From contig JAPLDO010000078.1 in assembly GCA_026391715.1 (NCBI GenBank), forward strand, positions 60,214-124,213: a stretch of DNA of 64,000 nt. The letters run 5' to 3'. The notes under the pieces are model-generated. The model did not search any database. It saw nothing but the letters and a program-made list of their open reading frames with translations, and was not told the origin of the DNA. A program made the position numbers and the translations under genes. Below, in pieces: positions 61,533-64,000 of this stretch; position 1 is the first letter of the stretch; every line of letters starts with the position of its first letter. The DNA comes from Bacteroidota bacterium. Lineage in GTDB: Bacteria > Bacteroidota > Bacteroidia > Bacteroidales > FEN-979.

Positions 61533-62173
61533 ATCGTTTGAGAAGTTAGAAAACGGGTTACCAGTTCATCGAGCGATCGGATAATATGCACCTTGTCAAT
61601 ATTATCAAGGGCGTTTTCTCCGCCCCATCGGAACCCCTGACCTCCGGCAATAATGGGTAATTCGGGGAATTGCTCCCTGATTTTCATAGCGAGACGCTGA
61701 AGTTCGGCAATGTTGAAAGAAACGCTGATAGAAAGCGCTACGAGGTCGGGTTTTTTTTCGTGGAGGTAACTAATCAGTTCATCCGCTGGAGTATCAGCGC
61801 CCAGAAAATAACCATCCCATCCGTAAAGCTCAAAATAGTCGGCAACCATCCTTGCGCCAAGCTGATGATATTCGCCAGGCGTGCAGGTAATCACAGCTTT
61901 CCTGCCCGAATGTTCGGCGGAGAATAGGAGCGGGTAACATAAGGTAATCAGGCTTTCGGTAATGGAAGTGCATAAATGCTCGGTGGCAACTGATATCTTG
62001 TTAAATTCCCAAAGTGTTCCTACTTCGTACATCGAGCGCTGAAATAAATTGATATACAGCTCTTTTATTGGAGTATTTTCATGTATCAGCGCATTCACCA
62101 TCCTGGCGCATTCCACCCGATTCCCAGCAAGAAGGTAAGTCAGATACATTTTATACAAATCGTCGGTTATCAT
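61529..62173 (-). CDS. Stand-alone CarH-like cobalamin-binding protein (B12-binding_2 helical bundle + Rossmann B12-binding domain, no DNA-binding domain)
   Basis: 214 aa. W55-x9-E65-H66 (GTLWEFNKISVATEHL). E101-x-H103-x-x-G106 (TPGEYHQLG). LVALSISVS and IIAGGQGF complete the B12-binding pattern. The protein begins directly at the helical bundle. Confidence 0.8.
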   Translation of the reverse strand: MITDDLYKMYLTYLLAGNRVECARMVNALIHENTPIKELYINLFQRSMYEVGTLWEFNKISVATEHLCTSITESLITLCYPLLFSAEHSGRKAVITCTPGEYHQLGARMVADYFELYGWDGYFLGADTPADELISYLHEKKPDLVALSISVSFNIAELQRLAMKIREQFPELPIIAGGQGFRWGGENALDNIDKVHIIRSLDELVTRFLTSQTI

Positions 62174-62212
62174 GTAGTTAAATTATTGACATATAAACTT
62201 TTCATCCGATAT

Positions 62213-64000
62213 TCACTCCTCAAACGTCACTGCCGCCCTGCTACTTTCCACTCTCTCATTCACCTTCACATTCACCTCTTTTACCACCGCATCGCGGGGA
62301 GAAACAATAACATTCTCCATTTTCATCGCTTCGATTATAAGCAAAGCGTTGCCTTTTTTCACCGTGTCGCCAGCTTTGATAAAGATTTTGATAACCTTTC
62401 CGGGCATGGGCGACGTAACATGGGCGCTGTCGTTACCATGCTTGTCAAATCCTGACGCAACAACCGCTTCGGTAAGAATATCTGCGCGTTTCACCCGGAA
62501 AATATGCCCGTTTGAGCTCACATACGCCTGATTTTCCGCATCTTCGGAAATCCACACAAAGTAGTTGTGATTGTTGATGGTGAAATCGCAACGATTAGGA
62601 GTAAATGAAATTGGCGTTGCATGAAATTCTTCTCCGCGGATAACAAACCGATATTCATTTTCAGAATAACGAGGGATGCCCACAGTCAACTCTTCATCCC
62701 CGAATTTGATGAGGATACTCATCTGGTTCCTCCAATAGCCAATGGTTTCCCACAGATTGGGCTTTTCGCAGCGAATCTGATCCGTTTTAACATTCTTTTT
62801 TAAGGTGTAAATCAGGTAACCGATCAATGGAACATAAATTGGGATTTGGCTGCGGTGGGAATTTATACTTTCCACAAGCGATCCGGTATGTTCATCACAG
62901 AATTTAGTGGAAATGGAGTTCGTGATAAATGCTTCGCTTTGAATAATTTTGGCGAGATAGGCGATGTTTGTATTAATGCCGTGGATGATGTATTCGTTCA
63001 AAGCCCTGAGCATAACCTGACCGGCTTCATGGCGATCCTTTGCCCATACAATCAGTTTACAGATCATCGGGTCGAACGAACTTTTGATTTCGGTTTTTGA
63101 AGAAATGCCGGTATCAATTCTGATTGCCGCGATGGCAGGTTCCCTGTAAAAGGTCATTATTCCCGGCGATGGCTGGAAGTTATTCGCAGGGTCTTCGGCA
63201 TAAATACGACATTCAATGGCGTGTCCGTTCTGATGGATTTCATCTTGCGTTAACCGGAGTTTATTTCCGGCTGCAACAAAAATCTGTTCTTCAACAAGGT
63301 CAATTCCGGTTACCATTTCTGTTACCGGATGTTCCACCTGGATTCGGGTGTTCATCTCAAGGAAGTAGAAATTAAGGTCTTTATCAACCAGAAATTCAAT
63401 GGTGCCGGCATTGTTGTAACCAATAGCGCGTCCGATGGCAACTGCGGCGTCGCCCATTTTTTTCCTCACCTCCGGCGTCAGCGTAGGCGACGGCGACTCC
63501 TCGATGATCTTTTGGTAGCGTCGCTGGATAGAACATTCGCGTTCAAACAGGTGAATCACGTTTCCGTAGTTGTCGCCCAGAATCTGAACCTCTATGTGGC
63601 GCGGTTCTTCGATGAATTTTTCGATGTAAACCGTTTCATCGCCGAAATAGGCTTTAGCCTGGCGACTTGTTGATTCAATAGCCTCGGCAAGTTCTGATTC
63701 GCTGTGCACGATTCTCATACCTTTACCGCCGCCGCCCGCCGCCGCCTTAAGCAACACCGGAAATCCGATTTTGTGGGCAGTCTTTTCCAGTTCTTCTTTG
63801 GTTCCGGTCACTCCGGCGGTCATCGGGATGTTGATTTCCTTCACAAATTTCCGGGCTTCAATCTTGTTGCCCATAATACGCATGGCTTCCGTTCCCGGAC
63901 CGATGAAAATTATACCGGCGTCGGCGCATGCCTTAACAAATAGCGGATTTTCAGCAAGAAATCCATACCCGGGATGGATTGCGTCGCATTTGGTCTGCTT
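62213..64000 (-). CDS. Biotin-dependent acyl-CoA carboxylase alpha subunit (biotin carboxylase + BCCP); 5' end beyond window
   Basis: The ORF track starts at an internal Met (63883). Manual translation upstream stays open to 64000 (...KQTKCDAIHPGYGFLAENPLFVKACADAGIIFIGPGTEAMRIMGNK). ATP-grasp GGGGKGMRIV, EMNTRIQVEHPVTE. C-terminal biotinyl-Lys motif LLIIEAMKMENVI. Confidence 0.9.
   Translation of the reverse strand, partial: KQTKCDAIHPGYGFLAENPLFVKACADAGIIFIGPGTEAMRIMGNKIEARKFVKEINIPMTAGVTGTKEELEKTAHKIGFPVLLKAAAGGGGKGMRIVHSESELAEAIESTSRQAKAYFGDETVYIEKFIEEPRHIEVQILGDNYGNVIHLFERECSIQRRYQKIIEESPSPTLTPEVRKKMGDAAVAIGRAIGYNNAGTIEFLVDKDLNFYFLEMNTRIQVEHPVTEMVTGIDLVEEQIFVAAGNKLRLTQDEIHQNGHAIECRIYAEDPANNFQPSPGIMTFYREPAIAAIRIDTGISSKTEIKSSFDPMICKLIVWAKDRHEAGQVMLRALNEYIIHGINTNIAYLAKIIQSEAFITNSISTKFCDEHTGSLVESINSHRSQIPIYVPLIGYLIYTLKKNVKTDQIRCEKPNLWETIGYWRNQMSILIKFGDEELTVGIPRYSENEYRFVIRGEEFHATPISFTPNRCDFTINNHNYFVWISEDAENQAYVSSNGHIFRVKRADILTEAVVASGFDKHGNDSAHVTSPMPGKVIKIFIKAGDTVKKGNALLIIEAMKMENVIVSPRDAVVKEVNVKVNERVESSRAAVTFEE

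Overview
The window looks like a Bacteroidota (FCB-group) chromosome segment. Support: five proteins with T9SS C-terminal sorting domains, TAnnTTTG-type -7 promoter boxes 24-39 nt upstream of operon-first start codons, an RND/TolC efflux operon and sufBCD. Every protein gene is on the minus strand; only a tRNA-Arg(CCT) is on plus.

Gene order, left to right:
(1) A tightly packed five-gene cluster read from 13043 down to 1: STAND NTPase-TM-WD40, TPR-extended TonB-dependent receptor, formyltransferase-like protein, TLC/Npt-like transporter fused to HEAT repeats, and a propeller/Y_Y_Y histidine kinase.
(2) A BMP lipoprotein and an MFP-RND-TolC efflux operon.
(3) An adenosine-deaminase-family gene, a small OM beta-barrel and a P-loop kinase::ParB/Srx-like fusion.
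(4) A 24.5-kb run of five T9SS cargo genes: a GH13 amylase, three smaller proteins and a 5,254-aa modular giant protein. G-rich 32-bp repeat elements sit in the two spacers flanking the 27778-29280 gene.
(5) A DUF2142 membrane protein and a CNNM/CorC transporter.
(6) tRNA-Arg, sufDCB and uvrC.
(7) A signalling block of hybrid HK, soluble HK and a CarH-like B12-binding protein lacking a DNA-binding domain.
(8) A biotin-dependent carboxylase alpha subunit.

Two edge-truncated genes, 1-3373 and the 5' part of 62213-64000, are absent or shortened in the supplied ORF track. I recovered them by manual translation.

Most interesting candidates:
- the B12-photoreceptor-like module translationally coupled to histidine kinases;
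- the STAND-headed five-gene cluster;
- the giant repeat protein;
- the quadruplex-capable intergenic repeats;
- a set of different intergenic heptanucleotide tandem repeats.

No CRISPR array, rRNA, transposase or integrase was recognised. All family assignments come from motif reading by eye. No database search or HMM was run.
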